A DNA stretch of 64,000 nt from Methanotrichaceae archaeon (GCA_963748825.1 CAVVKN010000002.1:1-64000); one strand, 5' to 3'. Shown: positions 20,428 to 31,526, numbered from the stretch's first letter. Made by a program: numbers and translations. Notes: generated by a model from the sequence alone, not told the origin.

Positions 20428-21522
20428 TTAGCCGAAGATATCCTGGGCCGGGCAATGGCAGACGAATCCCTCGAACTGCCCACAGCTACGCAAAGCCTTC
20501 CAGGCATCTTTCAGGGAAGAGTCCTTGATATTGGCATAGCTTTCCTGCAAATAGGGACAGGCTCTGACGCTGCCGTCAACTGCTACATGCAGCCACCTTC
20601 TCCCGGCCATGCAGCCCATCAATTGGCCCTCAAAATAGGTATTGGCAAAAAGCCGCGGCCCGCCTGGCGTGGAGTTGATCTTCTTGTAAAGGTCAACGAT
20701 CATCTCCTTCTCAATCAATGTCAGCTTTTCCTCAGGAGTTTTCGGCATGCCCTCCCAGATGGACAGCTCCTGCACACCCAAATCCGTGGCCAGCTCGTAG
20801 AGATCCAAGATTCTGTCCACCTGACCGGCCTTTATATGGCAGGACATAGTGACCATCAATCCCGTCTCCAGAGCGATGCGTATGGCCTCCAGGGCCTTGG
20901 CATGAGCCCCGCCAACCCCCCTCACCAGGTCATGCTCCTCGGGATTAGTGCTGTAAACGCCAATGATAAGATTATAAAGCCCGGCTTCTCTGAGCTTGAC
21001 CGCCTTCTCTACCGTCATGTCCAGACCAGGTGTGAAAAGATTTACCACGGCCTTCTCAGGATCGACATGCTTTATCAACTCGAAGATATCCTCTCTCAAA
21101 AGGGGATCTCCTTCAGTAAAGGTGACGATGCAAGTGCCCATATCCAGGGCCTGGTCGATGGTGCGCAAAATGTCCTCGCGGGAGAGCTCTCCTTCACCCT
21201 CCTTTATCAGGCAATGGTCACATTTTGCACCGCAGCGTCTTGTAACCTCTATGGAGAGAGTCTGAGGCACCGGCCGGCCTATCGCTGTCCGCGCTTCATT
21301 GACAAGCAGTCTCTTGAAGGGGCCGCTGGGAATGGGCGGAAGCCATGTACTGGCAACTATATCCTTCAGCCTGACCTGAGCAGGCTTCTCCTCCGCCAGC
21401 CTCTGATTTATCATCTTCAAAACCGGCTGGATCATGCGTGCCAGAGCACCCGTTGCCTGCAGGGCTCGGAGATCCCGATCGAAGTCCACGCAAAGCGCGG
21501 CCGTCTTGATAAGCTGGGTCAT
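20428..21522 (-). CDS. Radical SAM protein with C-terminal SPASM/twitch-like domain
   Basis: CGAKCDHC (CX3CX2C) and CMAG...DGSVRACPY. Confidence 0.88.
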   Translation of the reverse strand: MTQLIKTAALCVDFDRDLRALQATGALARMIQPVLKMINQRLAEEKPAQVRLKDIVASTWLPPIPSGPFKRLLVNEARTAIGRPVPQTLSIEVTRRCGAKCDHCLIKEGEGELSREDILRTIDQALDMGTCIVTFTEGDPLLREDIFELIKHVDPEKAVVNLFTPGLDMTVEKAVKLREAGLYNLIIGVYSTNPEEHDLVRGVGGAHAKALEAIRIALETGLMVTMSCHIKAGQVDRILDLYELATDLGVQELSIWEGMPKTPEEKLTLIEKEMIVDLYKKINSTPGGPRLFANTYFEGQLMGCMAGRRWLHVAVDGSVRACPYLQESYANIKDSSLKDAWKALRSCGQFEGFVCHCPAQDIFG

Positions 21523-21621
21523 TATGGTCCCACTTTTTTCGTGGCAGTTATAGAGTTATCGCTACAGGGAGAGATAAGGTTAAATTGACCCTGCCTCTTG
21601 TACGAGAGCGGTGAAGCTAAA

Positions 21622-22812
21622 GTGTCTGAAGTTGTACTGGCCTATTCAGGCGGCCTGGATACATCTGTTTGTATTCCGCTCCTCAAAGAGCGCTATGGAT
21701 TTGATAGAATAGTCACCGTTCTGGTGGACGTAGGCCAGCCGCGGTCGGATATCGAGCGCGGAAACCGCAGAGCAAAGCAGCTGGCGGACGAGCACTACAT
21801 CATAGATGCAAGAGAAGAGTTCGTAAAGGACTACATCTTTCCGCTCATCAAAGCCAACGGCTCTTACGAGGGATATGTTCTGGGAACGGCCATAGCCCGG
21901 CCGCTGATCGCCATCAAAGCAGTCGAGATCGCCAAGCAAAAAGGCATAAAGAACCTGGCGCACGGATGCACCGGTCGCGGCAACGACCAGTTGCGCTTCG
22001 AGGCCATCTTCCGGGCGACAGACTGCCGGGTCATCGCACCCATGCGGGAGCTGGACTTAGCCCGCGAATGGGAGATAGATTATGCGCGCGAGCACGGCAT
22101 AGAAGTTGCCGTTACCCGCGATAAGCCCTGGTCGATAGACGAGAACATCTGGTCCCGGTCCATTGAGGGAGGAAAGCTGGAGGATCCCTACTTCGAGCCG
22201 CCCGAGGAGATCTATGGCTGGACGAAAACGCCGGATGCAAGCAAGAGCGCGCAGGTAGTGGAGATCGAATTCCGGCAGGGCGTCCCTGTCTCTTTGGATG
22301 GCGTGCAGATGGGCGGAGTAGAACTGATTGAGAAGCTCAACTTGATTGGCGGCGAGCACGGCGTGGGCAGAACGGATATGGTGGAGGACAGGGTGCTGGG
22401 CCTGAAGGCGCGCGAGAACTATGAGCATCCTGCGGCAACTATTCTCCTCACGGCACATAAGGATCTCGAGCGTCTGGTCTTATCCCGAGCTGAGCTTCGC
22501 TTCAAGGTCATGGTGGACGAGGCCTGGTCGGAGCTGGCCTATATGGGCCTGGTGGAGGATCCACTATACTCCGATCTGAATGCCTTCCTGGATCAGTCCC
22601 AAAAGAGGGTCAACGGCTCGGTCAAGATGAAGCTCTACTGCGGAAATGCCATCCCTGTAGGCCGCCAGTCCCCCGACGCACTCTATGCTCAGGACATGGT
22701 CTCCTTCGACTCCCAGACCTTGAGCCAGAAGGATGCAGAAGGCTTTGCTAAATATCACGGCTTCCAGGCCAGGCTGCTCAAGAGAAAAGGGCTCAAGAGA
22801 ATGGGTGTATAG
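21622..22812 (+). CDS. argG: Argininosuccinate synthase
   Basis: [24 protein letters not shown] and SIDENIW. Confidence 0.97.
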   Translation: MSEVVLAYSGGLDTSVCIPLLKERYGFDRIVTVLVDVGQPRSDIERGNRRAKQLADEHYIIDAREEFVKDYIFPLIKANGSYEGYVLGTAIARPLIAIKAVEIAKQKGIKNLAHGCTGRGNDQLRFEAIFRATDCRVIAPMRELDLAREWEIDYAREHGIEVAVTRDKPWSIDENIWSRSIEGGKLEDPYFEPPEEIYGWTKTPDASKSAQVVEIEFRQGVPVSLDGVQMGGVELIEKLNLIGGEHGVGRTDMVEDRVLGLKARENYEHPAATILLTAHKDLERLVLSRAELRFKVMVDEAWSELAYMGLVEDPLYSDLNAFLDQSQKRVNGSVKMKLYCGNAIPVGRQSPDALYAQDMVSFDSQTLSQKDAEGFAKYHGFQARLLKRKGLKRMGV

Positions 22813-22861
22813 TGAATTTCCCACATAGATTTATTTGATATCGCTGCCCAATATTGTCAGT

Positions 22862-23251
22862 ATGTCAAGACTCGTGATATCTGAGGACGCCAGATCTGAG
22901 GATCTGGCTGTACTCGCCCTTGCCTTCAACGAGATCGTCCGGCTTCCTGTCACCATGCGAAGTGCGAGATTTCCCGGCGTGCGAGTGGAGAAAGGGCAGG
23001 TTTTAGATAAGGAATACAGTGGACCTGTCCTGGAAGAGGTTATCCGAACCGGCAAGAGCATTCGCACCACTCCTGAGCGGGGTGCTTATCAGGGAGTGCC
23101 TGTGTCCGTCGCACCCATATTAGTAGAAGGCCGAGCCGTCGCCGCAATTGGGGTAGTGGATGTGATCGGCACTATCGATATTCCAGAGGTCTTCGGGGCC
23201 TATGGCGATGTCTTGAAACAGGTCTCAGGTAAGGTGCCAGAGAAGAAATGA
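22862..23251 (+). CDS. DUF2111 family protein
   Basis: LPVTMRS...GVRVEKG, YSGPVLEEVI and AAIGVVD; methanogen-type family. Confidence 0.75.
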   Translation: MSRLVISEDARSEDLAVLALAFNEIVRLPVTMRSARFPGVRVEKGQVLDKEYSGPVLEEVIRTGKSIRTTPERGAYQGVPVSVAPILVEGRAVAAIGVVDVIGTIDIPEVFGAYGDVLKQVSGKVPEKK

Positions 23252-23706
23252 AGATCCGGAGAGCGCAGCCCTGTGATCTGGCCCAGATTGTGCAAATAGA
23301 GGGGCTCTGCTTCCCGGAGGAGACCGCTTTTCCGCCCAAGATGTTCGCCTACCTGATACGCTATGCGGTGTCTCTTGTGGCCTGCGAGCCGGAGAAGAAA
23401 GTTTTGGGCTTCATCATGGGATATACCAGCGGAATGGCAGGCGCCGTCTATACCCTGGACGTTCACCCCAATTACCGCAGGCAAGGCATAGGCAGCAAGC
23501 TACTCCTGGCTTTAGAGGAGAGGCTGGCTCTACTAGGGGCCCAGGCGATCCGACTTGAGGCCGCTTTAGACAAGACGGGTGCCGTAGAGCTATACAGAAA
23601 AGCCGGCTACCAGGAGCGGGAGCTGGTCAGGAACTATTATGGTCGCGGAAATCATGCCGTGCGCATGTGGAAGAATTTGGATGTGTGCTTATGCTTAACG
23701 ACGTAG
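23248..23706 (+). CDS. GNAT (RimI-like) N-acetyltransferase
   Basis: VHPNYRRQGIGSKLL, AVELYRKAGY and NYY. Confidence 0.9.
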   Translation: MKIRRAQPCDLAQIVQIEGLCFPEETAFPPKMFAYLIRYAVSLVACEPEKKVLGFIMGYTSGMAGAVYTLDVHPNYRRQGIGSKLLLALEERLALLGAQAIRLEAALDKTGAVELYRKAGYQERELVRNYYGRGNHAVRMWKNLDVCLCLTT

Positions 23707-24575
23707 CCCGGATGAGAAGCGGCGAGATGGAGGCCGATCTTTCTGCCAAGGTAGATAAGCTGATTGACGAGTTCATGGCGATAGTTGACGCCACGACCGA
23801 GGAGAGACATCTGCAGAGAGGCATTTCCAGAAGCCAGCTCCCATGCAGCATGGTGGCCATCCTGGACAAAGAGAGCCTCTCCATTTTGGCTCAGTTCCGG
23901 CTAGAGAACAGGACTGCAAGCTATTTTTATAGGCCTGATATCGCTCTGACGCCTCAGCAGGCGGCCAATAGCGCCCAGTGGGAGTTCGGCTTCGAGGATG
24001 CATTTATCATCCAGTTTCCGGCAAAATTGGTAGCACAAAGCAGCCAGGAGCGGCATGCTGCTTTGCAAAAAGTAGCCTCTGAGCATATCGACTCGGAGTT
24101 CCTAAGGCTGGAAAAGATGCTCAGCCTGGTGCGCGCCCGTCCCATATTTGGAAAGGCAGTCTCGCCGGTCGGCGCAAGGACTCTCCTTCTGCTCCTGCCA
24201 CAGGAAGCAAACCTGCGAAGAAATGAGGACGCCATCATAAACGCGAGCCTGGCCAACAACCTGCCAATTGTTGAGGCAGAAGACATCAGGAGCGGTAGAT
24301 CCGCCGTGCGTGAGATGTGGGATTCACTCAATCATGCAGCAGTGATCATTGCCGATCTCACGGGAGCTGACGCCGGGGTGATGTATGGCCTGGGCATTGC
24401 TCATACACTGGGAAAAGAGACGATCTTGATTCACCCGCAAGGCTCAAAATACCTGACAGATATTCCCAGGACATATAGAATAGAATACGAGGATAGTGAT
24501 GCTGGCAGGGCAAAGCTGGAAGAGCAGCTTTCCCTGATGCTTGGCACCATGCTGGCGCCTGCTGTGGAAGATTAG
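23691..24575 (+). CDS. Hypothetical protein with C-terminal nucleoside 2-deoxyribosyltransferase-like domain
   Basis: IIADLTGADAGVMYGLGIAHTLGKETILI; start uncertain. Confidence 0.7.
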   Translation: MLNDVARMRSGEMEADLSAKVDKLIDEFMAIVDATTEERHLQRGISRSQLPCSMVAILDKESLSILAQFRLENRTASYFYRPDIALTPQQAANSAQWEFGFEDAFIIQFPAKLVAQSSQERHAALQKVASEHIDSEFLRLEKMLSLVRARPIFGKAVSPVGARTLLLLLPQEANLRRNEDAIINASLANNLPIVEAEDIRSGRSAVREMWDSLNHAAVIIADLTGADAGVMYGLGIAHTLGKETILIHPQGSKYLTDIPRTYRIEYEDSDAGRAKLEEQLSLMLGTMLAPAVED

Positions 24576-24694
24576 GTCAATGCCTGGAAAATTACACAGG
24601 TGCCTATAACGTTATATATGTCCTGCATTTATACGAAGCTGCGACTCCGAATTCAGGTCTCCTAGCTTCATTTGACCCAGGAGGGGGAAAGAGG

Positions 24695-25834
24695 TTGAAA
24701 AAGATACGGTTGGCAATCGCGGGCTTGGGAAACTGCGCAAGTTCCCTGATTCAGGGGATCGAATATTACAAACATACTGACGAGAAGGAATGCATTGGAC
24801 TTATGCATTATGATGTATGTGGTTACAGAGCTGGCGATATAGATGTTGTGGCGGCCTTCGACATAGATGCGCGAAAGGTGGGCAAGGACGTAGGCCAGGC
24901 CATATTTGCGCCCCCCAACTGCACCAAGGTGTTCTATCCTGATGTTCCCCGCAAAAACGTAGAGGTCAAGATGGGGCCGGTTTTGGACGGCGTTGCTCCT
25001 CATATGCTCAATTATCCTGAGGACAAGAGATTCGTCGTAGCTGATGCCAAGCCATGCGACGTGAGAAGCGAGCTGGAAGGTTCTGGCGCTGACGTGCTGG
25101 TAAATTACATGCCGGTGGGATCGGAACAGGCCACGCGCTTTTATGCGCAAGCCGCCTTGGATGCCGGCGTTGGCTTTGTCAACTGCATGCCGGTCTTCAT
25201 TGCCTCTAACCCAGAGTGGGCCAGGAAATTCCAGGAGGCAGGTGTGCCAATTGTTGGCGACGACATAAAATCACAAATCGGTGCCACCATTGTTCATCGC
25301 GCCCTCACTCAGCTTTTCAAGGACAGAGCCTGCGCCATGGACCGGACCTACCAGCTTAACATTGGCGGGAACACGGATTTCCTGAATATGCTCAATCGGG
25401 AGAGGCTCAAGTCCAAGAAGATCTCCAAGACAGAGGCCGTGCAGTCCATTCTGGATGTGCCCCTGAACGAGGATGATATACACATCGGCCCCTCGGACTA
25501 TGTGCCCTGGCAAAAGGACAACAAGGTCTGCTTCCTGAGAATGGAAGGCAGGGTCTTTGGAGATGTGCCCATCAATCTCGAGCTGCGCCTCTCCGTGGAG
25601 GACTCGCCCAACAGTGGAGGAAGCTCCATTGATGCCATCAGGATCTGCAAGCTGGCCAAAGATAGAAAGATCGGAGGGCCGCTTCTGGCCATATCCGCTT
25701 ACACTATGAAGCATCCCCCTGTGCAGTATCCCGATGAAATGGCAAAAGAGATGGTGGACAAATTCATCCTGGGTGAAGCGGGCGAGCTGAAGAATGTGGC
25801 GACCTGCCAGCCGCAGGCTGTGACGGTTAAGTAA
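24695..25834 (+). CDS. ino1: myo-inositol-1-phosphate synthase
   Basis: GLGNCASSL, GDDIKSQIGAT, GGNTDFLNM and VEDSPNSGG. Confidence 0.95.
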   Translation: MKKIRLAIAGLGNCASSLIQGIEYYKHTDEKECIGLMHYDVCGYRAGDIDVVAAFDIDARKVGKDVGQAIFAPPNCTKVFYPDVPRKNVEVKMGPVLDGVAPHMLNYPEDKRFVVADAKPCDVRSELEGSGADVLVNYMPVGSEQATRFYAQAALDAGVGFVNCMPVFIASNPEWARKFQEAGVPIVGDDIKSQIGATIVHRALTQLFKDRACAMDRTYQLNIGGNTDFLNMLNRERLKSKKISKTEAVQSILDVPLNEDDIHIGPSDYVPWQKDNKVCFLRMEGRVFGDVPINLELRLSVEDSPNSGGSSIDAIRICKLAKDRKIGGPLLAISAYTMKHPPVQYPDEMAKEMVDKFILGEAGELKNVATCQPQAVTVK

Positions 25835-25851
25835 TTATCTAATTTTATTCC

Positions 25852-25873
25852 TTGGCCGTGGAGACACGGCCAA
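25852..25873 (+). terminator. 9-bp hairpin with GAGA tetraloop after ino1
   Basis: TTGGCCGTG-GAGA-CACGGCCAA. Confidence 0.5.
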
Positions 25874-25977
25874 CGAATGCAGCTCTTCTAATTGATTTCA
25901 CGAATAGCATCTATGAATTGCAGATCCAATAGTTATTCATATCTGCAAATCAGCCATGAATATCCAGGTGATAGCCC

Positions 25978-26310
25978 ATGTTCTTTCAATATGCTGATGC
26001 CACACCGGTGCAGATGGTCCCCGGACTGATTCGTCGGACCCTGGTCGGTGGTGACAAGCTGATGATTTGCCGGTTTGACTTGGACCGCGGAGTGGAAATC
26101 CCGAGCCACTCTCATCCTCATGATCAGGCAGGCTATGTGGTTTTAGGAAAGGTCCGAATTACCGTAGACGGCAAGAGCTTCGATCTTGGACCTGGGGATA
26201 GCTACTCTGCCCCCTCCGGCGCCTTGCACTCGGCAATAGCTTTAGAGCCATCAGTGGTGGTGGATACATTCAGCCCGCCCAGAGATGACTACCGCGCCAC
26301 TCCCGGTTGA
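25978..26310 (+). CDS. Cupin domain protein
   Basis: PSHSHPHDQAGYV, PSGALHS and DTFSPPRDDY. Confidence 0.9.
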   Translation: MFFQYADATPVQMVPGLIRRTLVGGDKLMICRFDLDRGVEIPSHSHPHDQAGYVVLGKVRITVDGKSFDLGPGDSYSAPSGALHSAIALEPSVVVDTFSPPRDDYRATPG

Positions 26311-26458
26311 TGCGTCTAAAAACGAATAACAAAGCGGGTTCTGCAACTTTGGCCAATCCGGCAATTGGAGGAGGGTGATGCCACTTTGCATATCCAAAAA
26401 TTATACCTAATCCAAACTAATATTAGTAAAGAATGCCAACAGGACATCTGATCCTCCT

Positions 26459-27944
26459 ATGAACCCGATAATGAGACTGCTTTATAAAGCCAGGCATAGC
26501 TTCTTTCTCTTTGGCCTGGCCAGCCTTCTCTGGTTTATCTTCCGGACTGGCTGCAAGCCCACCCGCATGAGCTACCCCTGCCAGCAGGCCTCGGCTGCCA
26601 GCGGAAGCATGTGGCTCGCATCCTATGTTCTGCCTTTCGTCCTGGCCATCCGCTCGCCGGAGAGGGCAGCTGCGAGAGACAAAGGCCTGATCCTGGCCGG
26701 CCTTCTGCTGCTCTTGCTCGTCTCTTTATTCTGTTCTAGGTGGTTCCTTCAACATTCTGGGCCCGGCACAAATGGCGGGAGATGATGCCGCGGCGGCAAG
26801 CAAAGGAGATAGTATCATGATCAACCTTTCCCAAATGCGCTCGCAATCCCTGGAGCCCTCGGACATCTTTGCGGTAAACGGCACCTCCGGAAACGATGAT
26901 GCAGTGACGAGATTGATCGCGCTGATGAATGGTCACGGCCAGCCCTTCTATGCCCAAAACGACTCTTTGGGAATCATCGGCAAGGATGACGTAGTAATAA
27001 TCAAGGTCAACAGCCAGTGGGATGAGAGAGGAGGCACCAATTCCGATCTCATCAAAGCTCTCGTCCAGGCCATCCTGGATCATCCACAGGGCTTTAGCGG
27101 CGAGGTGGTCATCGCCGACAACGGCCAGGGCCAGTACGGCTCGACTGGCAGTGGCGGCAGCCTGAGCTATGCTGAAAACAACGCTGAAGATAAAGGCCAA
27201 TCCATGCAGGCTGTGGCCGACTCCTTTCCGGATCAAAAGGTATCGACCTATCTCTGGGATACGATTACTAACAAGAAGGTCGGTGAATATGCAAAGGGAG
27301 ATCTGGCAGACGGCTACATTGTATCCGGGCCGCCGGATGCACAGACCAAGATCGCCGTCACCTATCCCAAGTTCCAGACCAAATACGGCACTTACATCAG
27401 CTTTAAGCTGGGCGTCTGGGATGCTGACAATCAGAGCTACAACTCCGACCGGCTCAAGGTATTGAACGTCCCTGTGCTCAAAACGCATGGAGGCTACGGC
27501 GTCACCGCCTCGGTCAAGCACTACATGGGAGTGGTCTCAGACCGGCTCAGCCGGGAGGCAGGCGGCAGGGCTCATAATTCTGTAGGCTCGGGGGGCATGG
27601 GAACGCAGATGGCCCAGACGCGATTTCCGAACCTGAACATCCTGGATGCCATCTGGGTTAACGCCAAACCCAGAGGGGGACCAAGCACCTCCTACGAAGA
27701 TGCCGATCAAGCCGGCATCATTGCCGCCAGCATAGATCCAGTGGCCTTAGACTATTGGGCCGCCAAAAATATCCTCATGCCTGCCACCAGGGAAAAGGGC
27801 TATGATAATCTGGAGTCCCTGGATCCGGATAACACCTCTCCAGGTTCCTTTGGTGGCTGGCTGAGACTCGCTTTAGCCGAGATCCAAAATGCAGGGCACC
27901 GGGTCACTGTGAGCGAAAAGAGCATGAATGTCTATCTGGCCTGA
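26459..27944 (+). pseudogene. DUF362 family protein split by an apparent frameshift near 26720-26727
   Basis: N-part (KPTRMSYPCQQ plus TM) and DUF362 part (VIIKVN, NVPVLKTH, ASVKHYMG, DPVALD) are in different frames but read continuously across GTCTCTTTATTCT. Two genes (26459-26785 and 26772-27944) is the alternative. Confidence 0.6.
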
Positions 27945-28067
27945 GAGAAAAAGAATAACCAGGGGGACGTACAACACGCTGCTCGTGCATCATTGGACCT
28001 TGGGCATTGTCGTGTCGCTGGCCATAATCAGCTAGCCAAGAAGCGGATTATCAAGGAGAATGCAAGA

Positions 28068-28619
28068 GTGTTGGCACTGATAGTATACGGCACCAGAGGC
28101 GGCGCTACAAAAGAGATCGCCCAGGAGATGGAAAAAGCGCTGGCTGAGAAAGGCTGCAAGGTTACTGTGAAGGATGCCAAAGAATCAAGCGGCATAGACG
28201 TCGAAGCCTTCGACCTTATTATCGTTGGCAGCGGTGTTCGGGCAGGCAAATGGGAAGGGAAAGCAACGGATTTCCTGAAGAAATATCAGCAGGCTCTCGC
28301 CAGAAAGAATGTAGCGCTATTCTCGTCGGGCATGATGGCTGGCGATCCTGCTATGATGAAGGAAAACGAGAAGAGCATTGCCAAGGTAGCGGCTGCCTTC
28401 CCGGCGATCAAGCCGGTAGCTTTGGCGTACTTCGGCGGCTATCTGGATTTCAATAGTGGAAACCTCATCGTCCGCCTCATCAGCGGGGCCATGAAAAAGC
28501 ACCTGGAAAAGAAGGGCATCGACACCAGCAAACCTTACGACACGCGAGACTTTGCAGCCATTCGCAAATGGACTGGGGAAGTAGCAGCAAAGGCGAATGA
28601 AGCGCAATTCAGAATTTAG
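28068..28619 (+). CDS. Flavodoxin domain protein (HemG-like)
   Basis: LIVYGTRGGATKEIA, IIVGSG and DTRDFAAIRKW. Confidence 0.85.
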   Translation: MLALIVYGTRGGATKEIAQEMEKALAEKGCKVTVKDAKESSGIDVEAFDLIIVGSGVRAGKWEGKATDFLKKYQQALARKNVALFSSGMMAGDPAMMKENEKSIAKVAAAFPAIKPVALAYFGGYLDFNSGNLIVRLISGAMKKHLEKKGIDTSKPYDTRDFAAIRKWTGEVAAKANEAQFRI

Positions 28620-28701
28620 AACAAAAGGCTGTCGCGCGTTAACCAATATTAATTTGAATAGAGATTGCTTTGCATTAATAATGATTCCGAAGGAGAGCCA
28701 C

Positions 28702-29844
28702 ATGATTGCCAGGAGAGCTGAAGAGATCGCCCCTTTCATCGTCATGGATGTCTTGGAGAAGGCGCGGGAGATGGAGCGGCGGGGAATTGATATCATCCAT
28801 CTGGAGGTGGGCGAGCCGGATTTCGATATTCCCGCAGCAGTCAAAGCTGCCACCTGCAAGGCACTGGAGGATGGACTCACCCACTACACGCATAGTCTTG
28901 GCGATATGGAGCTGCGAGAGGCCATCTGCCGGCACTATTTGGATGCCTATGGAGTTTCTGTCAAGCCGGAGCAGATAGTGGTGACATCCGGCACCTCGCC
29001 TGCTTTGATGCTTGTCTTTGCGGCGCTGCTGGAGAGGGGCCAGGAGGTCATATTCTCCGATCCTGGCTATGCCTGCTATCCCAATTTCATAAAATTTTTG
29101 GGAGGCGTTCCCGCAAGAGTGCCTGTCTATGAAAAGGACGGCTTTCAGTTGCAGCCGGAAGCGATCCAAAAGAAGATCAGCAGAAAGACAAAGGCCATTC
29201 TCATCAACTCGCCCTCCAATCCTACGGGTTGCCTTCTCTGTGAAAGCAGCATGCGCTCTATTGCAGAGTGCTCGCCCTACATAGTCTCCGATGAGATCTA
29301 TCATGGCCTGGTCTACGAGGGCCAGGAGCATAGCATCCTGGAGTTTTCCGACCACGCCTTCGTCTTAAACGGCTTTTCCAAGCTCTATGCCATGACGGGC
29401 TATCGACTGGGCTATCTCATCGCCCCAGAGAGATTCATCCGGCCCATTCAGAAGATGCAGCAGAACTTCTTCATCTGCGCCGGCTCGCTGGCTCAGAGGG
29501 CGGGCATCGCCGCTCTGCAGGAGACCGGTCCGGAGGTGGCGGAGATGAAGAGGATCTACAACGAGCGCCGAAAGTTTATGATCAAGCGCTTAAAAGAGCT
29601 AGGCTTCTCCATCACCGTGGAGCCGACGGGAGCCTTTTATGTCTTTGCCAATGCCAGGAGCTTTTCGGGCGACTCTTACCGGCTAGCCTTCGACATCCTG
29701 GAGAAAGCGCATGTGGGCGTGACGCCGGGAATCGACTTCGGGCAAAATGGTGAGGGATATTTGAGGTTCTCTTATGCCAATTCCGTGGAAAGAATTGCCG
29801 AGGGGCTGGACAGGATTGAGAAATACTTGAACGAGCGGAATTGA
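28702..29844 (+). CDS. PLP-dependent class I/II aminotransferase
   Basis: GEPDF, NSPSNPTG, SDEIY and GFSKLYAMTGYRLGY. Confidence 0.93.
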   Translation: MIARRAEEIAPFIVMDVLEKAREMERRGIDIIHLEVGEPDFDIPAAVKAATCKALEDGLTHYTHSLGDMELREAICRHYLDAYGVSVKPEQIVVTSGTSPALMLVFAALLERGQEVIFSDPGYACYPNFIKFLGGVPARVPVYEKDGFQLQPEAIQKKISRKTKAILINSPSNPTGCLLCESSMRSIAECSPYIVSDEIYHGLVYEGQEHSILEFSDHAFVLNGFSKLYAMTGYRLGYLIAPERFIRPIQKMQQNFFICAGSLAQRAGIAALQETGPEVAEMKRIYNERRKFMIKRLKELGFSITVEPTGAFYVFANARSFSGDSYRLAFDILEKAHVGVTPGIDFGQNGEGYLRFSYANSVERIAEGLDRIEKYLNERN

Positions 29845-29954
29845 GCTGTTCTCCTCGACATAATCCCAACAAGACATAACTGCAATAAGTTTAACTGTAG
29901 GCAAATTTTATATTCTAGTTCTTTAGATTACTTTTATAAAAAAATTAATTTAAC

Positions 29955-31061
29955 TTGAAAGGTGATTTGATAAATCTAAGCAGGGAGACCGAAAATGGCA
30001 GGTTGGATTTCATCGACGCCATTCGCGGGATTGCGGCTCTAACAATTGTTTTCTATCACCTGAGCTTTTTGCGCCTCCCTCTACTATTGGAAGAGCATGT
30101 TCTCCTAGCAAGATCCAGCTTAATTTTATTCTTCATCATCAGCTCCTTTACTCTTTATTTTTCTTTAGATAATAAAAGACATGAAGAGAAAAGATTCCAA
30201 AAATTTTACCTGCGCAGACTCTTCCGAATAGCACCATTGTTTTATATAATGATAATAATCTATTTAATTAAAGATATATTTATTCTTAAAAATGTTCCAT
30301 CCACGGCAGAAATTGCTGCAAATTTTGCTTTTATATTTAATCTTTACCCACCCTACTTTGAAAGCATCGTCACAACCGGTTGGACCATCGGGGTCGAAAT
30401 GCTTTTTTATCTCATCTTGCCGCTCATCTATTTAGGCTTCAACACCATTACAAGATCGCTAATTTTCTTAGCATGCACCGTGGCCTTTGCTGATTTCATC
30501 CATTCCCTTCTCCGCCAATTCACTACATTTAGTCAGGAGATCATGCAGGGATATATGAGTGTGGCAAGCTTCTTGCCGGTTTTTTCTACAGGCATTATTT
30601 GTTATCTAATATACAAAAACGATATTCACAAATTAAGCAGTGGATATCGCAAGGGAACATCCGTATTATTATTTATAATTACGCTCTTTATTTTATTTAT
30701 TGTTGTATTCAATCCAGCTTTTTATTTTATTCCTCTTAGCGAGCGTTACTGGCAAGCGATAGCCTTCAGCACGCTTTTCCTTTCTCTTTCATTGTATCCA
30801 AATAAATTGCTGGTAAATGGAATAACAACATTCTATGGAAAGATCAGCTACAGCGTCTACTTGTTTCATCCTTTATTGATCTATTTTCTAAAACCGGTAT
30901 ACGGCTATATCTACACCCACATGGCTATGTCCATTGGTTTGAGCTTTCTATCTTGCCTTCTGCTAACACTTCTAATTCTGACTCCAATCTCTTGGCTAAC
31001 ATATCATACAATTGAGAAAAGTGGCATTGGGTATGGGAAAAAACTGATTGCCAGCCTGTAG
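29955..31061 (+). CDS. Acyltransferase family 3 (OafA/YrhL-like) membrane protein
   Basis: DAIRGIAA..HL, FYLRRLFRIAPL, WTIGVEMLFY and GKISYSVYLFH; AT-rich. Confidence 0.9.
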   Translation: MKGDLINLSRETENGRLDFIDAIRGIAALTIVFYHLSFLRLPLLLEEHVLLARSSLILFFIISSFTLYFSLDNKRHEEKRFQKFYLRRLFRIAPLFYIMIIIYLIKDIFILKNVPSTAEIAANFAFIFNLYPPYFESIVTTGWTIGVEMLFYLILPLIYLGFNTITRSLIFLACTVAFADFIHSLLRQFTTFSQEIMQGYMSVASFLPVFSTGIICYLIYKNDIHKLSSGYRKGTSVLLFIITLFILFIVVFNPAFYFIPLSERYWQAIAFSTLFLSLSLYPNKLLVNGITTFYGKISYSVYLFHPLLIYFLKPVYGYIYTHMAMSIGLSFLSCLLLTLLILTPISWLTYHTIEKSGIGYGKKLIASL

Positions 31062-31097
31062 CCAGCATCCCATAGATCGAAACGAAAAACATTATTT

Positions 31098-31526
31098 TCA
31101 GGAATCCAAAACAACTTCGTAGCCCTCTCTTTGCCACTGCTCTATCCCTTTGGTTAAATTATACAGCTTCGTGAATCCCAAAGACCTCATGAGCAGCGAC
31201 GCTCGCGCTGATCTAATGCCGGTGCGGCAGTAAAGCAGGTAAGCTTTATTTTGGTCCAGCCTTGCGATCTGATTGCTAAAGGAGGGCGATTTAAAATCCA
31301 GATTAATCGAGCCATTCAAGTGGCCGGTGCTGTATTCCAACGGGGTTCTTACGTCCAGGATCACCAGACACTTCGCATCCAATGAAATATCCTGAGACTG
31401 CATGCAGGAAAGTAACTCCACAAGTTCCCAGCATTCCAAAGGAGATAGCTGCTTGACTATGCATTCTTCTGTATCGTCAGGATGCTCTTCATTTGCAAAG
31501 GAAGTGGGCTCCAATTTTTCTGACAT
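31098..31526 (-). CDS. Rhodanese-like domain protein
   Basis: LDVRTPLEY..GHL and YCRTGIRS. Confidence 0.9.
   Translation of the reverse strand: MSEKLEPTSFANEEHPDDTEECIVKQLSPLECWELVELLSCMQSQDISLDAKCLVILDVRTPLEYSTGHLNGSINLDFKSPSFSNQIARLDQNKAYLLYCRTGIRSARASLLMRSLGFTKLYNLTKGIEQWQREGYEVVLDS

Noticed and set aside
20455-21588. 377-aa plus-strand ORF
   Set aside because: Antisense shadow of the radical SAM gene with no motifs. The same applies to the other long antisense ORFs over hef, argG, the aminotransferase and the RecJ-like gene.
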